From Stegostoma tigrinum (lineage: Eukaryota): DNA of 64,000 bases. The position numbers were made by a program, and so were the translations under genes. Position 1 is the first letter of the stretch. The number at the start of each line of letters is the position of its first letter. The notes beneath the pieces are model-generated. The model had not been told where the DNA came from and ran no database searches. It worked only from the letters and a program-made list of their open reading frames with translations. This document shows positions 61,301-64,000 of this stretch, in pieces. Location: positions 10,206,035-10,270,034 of the forward strand of contig NC_081369.1 in the NCBI RefSeq assembly GCF_030684315.1, written 5' to 3'.

Positions 61301-63329
61301 AAACTAATAAAATTATGATCGCTGGTCCCAAAGTACTTCCCCCACTGACTTGTCGCACCTTATTTCCAAAGAGATCAAGTTTTGCTCCTTCTCTAGCAGG
61401 TGCATGTAGATGCTGATAAATGTGTTCCAGAAAATTTTCTTGAACAAATTCCTCCCCACTAAAGCCCTTAACACTACAGCAGTCCCAGTCAATGTTACTC
61501 TCCATTTGCCTGGATGAGTCCAGCTCAACAACACTCCAGAAGTTTGACACCATCCAAGACAAAGCTGCCATCTCATCATTGATGCCAGTCAAATGTGCAT
61601 CATTTGCAAGATGCACTGTGGCATCTCACCACAGTTTCTCTGACTGTATATTCCACAAATACACAATCTCTACCGTTTGGGATAAGGGCAGCAAACGCCT
61701 GGAAACTCAGCAGCGACAAGTTATCTTCCAAGCCACACTGACAGGAACAGTTACTATTCCTTGCTGTTGTTGGATCATTACCCTGGACTCACCTCTCCGT
61801 AAGCAGCCAAAAGGGCTGCAGTAGTTCAGAGAGACAGCTCACCATCAACAAAGGCAATTAGAGATAGGTAATAATTACCAAGTAAGCCTCTCTTGTCTTG
61901 GTTAGAATGATTTCAGCTAACTTCTTGCAGAGAGATTATGCAAAAAAAGAACACAGAAAGAACCAGGTGGTGCAGTGGCATGAAGATACAAGAAAACCCC
62001 TAAATCTGTATGTGGTTCATTTGCTGTCAGGACCGTGATTTTTTTCAGAACCCATGCAAACTTCAATGGCTTACTCCACTTCAAAATTGCCCATCACCCC
62101 CATTTGTAATTAAATTTCCTTTGTCAAAAAAAATGTTGTTCATATATGAACATAGTTTGATGACAGTCTATTTGACCTTTACTGTGGCACTGGTTGAAAA
62201 TAATTTTAATGTTCAGAATAACAAACAAACATTTTAAGTTATACACAGACCCCGCAGCAACTTGCAAAGTTCCACAAACAGACAGATCATTTACACACTT
62301 CAAAAACGCTGCCTGAAGCAGCAGATAGGTGTTTGTAAAATAGACAAGCATTAACATCCCAACCAACAAGGTAAAACCTGAGTAAGAGCCCCAAAACTGA
62401 TCATAAATCAGACAATATCTCTACAAGGCTAAAGATGACCAAGAAAACTACTGTTTCAAAAGGGTAGACGATGAAACCAAGTTCCTATCATAGAAACTAA
62501 ACAGCAGAATCAGTTGAGTGTTATAAGTCCAAAGGTTGAATGCTGCGTCCATTTACAAAACAGGATGAAATACAAAAAAAAAAGTCATGAATCTTAGTCA
62601 ATTAAAAACACATTACGTATCCTTCTCCTTTTAATAAAGTAGAAAATGCAAACAGTTACACAAGAGCAGAAATTTTCTAAAAAATGTGCTAGTTAAGTTG
62701 TCTTCAATTATTGTAAAATTGAACAAACCATCAGCCAAATCAGGGCAAGTGCTGCAGAGGAAAAAAAAATACGACTGACACGGACTCTAATCGTCAATGG
62801 CTGATAGAATTCATAGTTGAAGATGTTCAAGGAAACTTGACCTACTTGGGCCATCATGATCGCACGTTGTGTATTTCCATAAACTTCAGTTATAAATAAA
62901 ATTAAACCTAGAATGCAAATGAAAAATGTTTCAGATACATTGAAATTGCAAGCAAAGAATTTTCTTTACTTTAAGTAAGAACAAGTTAAAGATCTTAAAG
63001 AATAAACCCATGTGTGTTTTTAAACTGATTCTGAAGTCTTGGAAGTTGCCTGACTACAAGCTCTGTAAAAGCCAACCTGACTTGAAATGGAAACCTGAAT
63101 CAGCTAAACTACTTACAGGAATGGTTTTAAACTTTGACAAGAAAGAAGTTTAAAGGGTAGCAAAATACTTTGATTTTGGAAATTGGAAACATATGCAGAA
63201 TGCTGTAACTCTTTAAATATGTCAAAACTCAAAAAAGGGGCTACTGTTTCTCTCCAAAGATATGACTAGACCTGCTGAATTTCTCCAGCACTTGTTTATT
63301 ACAAGTTTTAAAAAAATGTTTTCCACTTG

Positions 63330-64000
63330 CACAAGAAATGGACGGTTAAAGGTTGATGACTCGCTCGCCGAGCTGGCTTGTTTTCGTTCAGACATTTCAT
63401 CACATGCTAGGTGACAAATCAGTGAGGCTGCCAATGAAACAATGTTATTCTACTTCATTTGGAATTTATACTACCTAGTCCATTGTGGCGAGCAGTGTCA
63501 TTTCTGGTTTTGACTTGTATGGATTTATATCTAGGATCCAATTCGATAGGTTGGTTGATTCAAGTATGGATGGAGAACCACGCCTCTGAGAATTTCCATG
63601 CGTGGCTATGTTTGGCTTGGGCTACTAATGGTTACGTTTTCCCAGTTAAACAAATGGCCTTCATTTGTCCAACTGTACTGATAGTAGTGAACATTTGTCA
63701 TGTCATTTTGCTGCTAGCTGATGTTCATGCATTCTGACAGCGAGTTTCCTTCCTGTCCATCAGATGTAATGTTTGTTGCAGACGTTGCATCATATTTTAC
63801 AAACCAAGTTGGCTCCACGTGAAGTGGGAATGGGATCTTAAATTCTGGAGTGTTTTTCATAGATGGGCATGGGCATGTAGACCACCATGATTCCTAGTGG
63901 TCTTAGGTATAGGTGGACCTATGCCGATACAAATTCTCCGCTATGAACAGATATCCCTGCAACTTCATCTGCAGATGCCTACTAAACAGACAATAACAGG
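63330..64000 (-). mobile_element. Penelope-like element 3' part (family of 29990-30477), runs off the window
   Basis: Terminus gactcgctcgccgagctggcttgttttcgttcagacatttc and GIY-YIG-like coding remnant on minus. Confidence 0.7.

Noticed and set aside
1-64000. Prokaryotic features (CRISPR array, operon), rRNA or true tRNA genes
   Set aside because: None seen. The tRNA-like boxes belong to SINE heads.

Overview
Repeat-rich vertebrate genomic DNA, almost certainly from an elasmobranch (shark). The evidence is HE1-type V-SINEs, HER1/CR1-type LINEs, Deu-domain SINE fragments and abundant Penelope-like elements (PLEs). No long ORFs are present. The genic content is a small cluster of spliced immunoglobulin-superfamily receptor genes with a germline-joined VJ-type V domain, an antigen-receptor/MHC-type C1 domain, a TM exon and cytoplasmic exon(s). 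Gene A (+; exons 18485-18790, 20642-20935, 24347-24451, 32800-32852) has an Arg in the TM segment and a short tail, so it is activating-type. Gene B (+; exons 49120-49425, 51079-51372, 55365-55469, 56570-56604, 58066-58185) has a neutral TM and an ITIM (VSYAKL) plus an ITSM (TVYADV), so it is inhibitory-type. The V and C1 exons of A and B differ at only 3/306 and 4/294 nt by my reading, while introns and TM exons are strongly diverged. This is the signature of a paired activating/inhibitory receptor whose ectodomains are homogenised by gene conversion. A third, inverted A-type copy (C; minus strand; exons 12214-11918, 1802-1698, 602-550) is a pseudogene with no V exon found. The leader exons were not confidently located. 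The rest is transposon-derived: PLEs with hammerhead ribozyme motifs, CR1, Tx1-like LINEs, solo LTRs and SINEs, including a 4-level nested insertion. There are also several inverted and tandem duplications. All comparisons were made by eye, and repeat boundaries are approximate.
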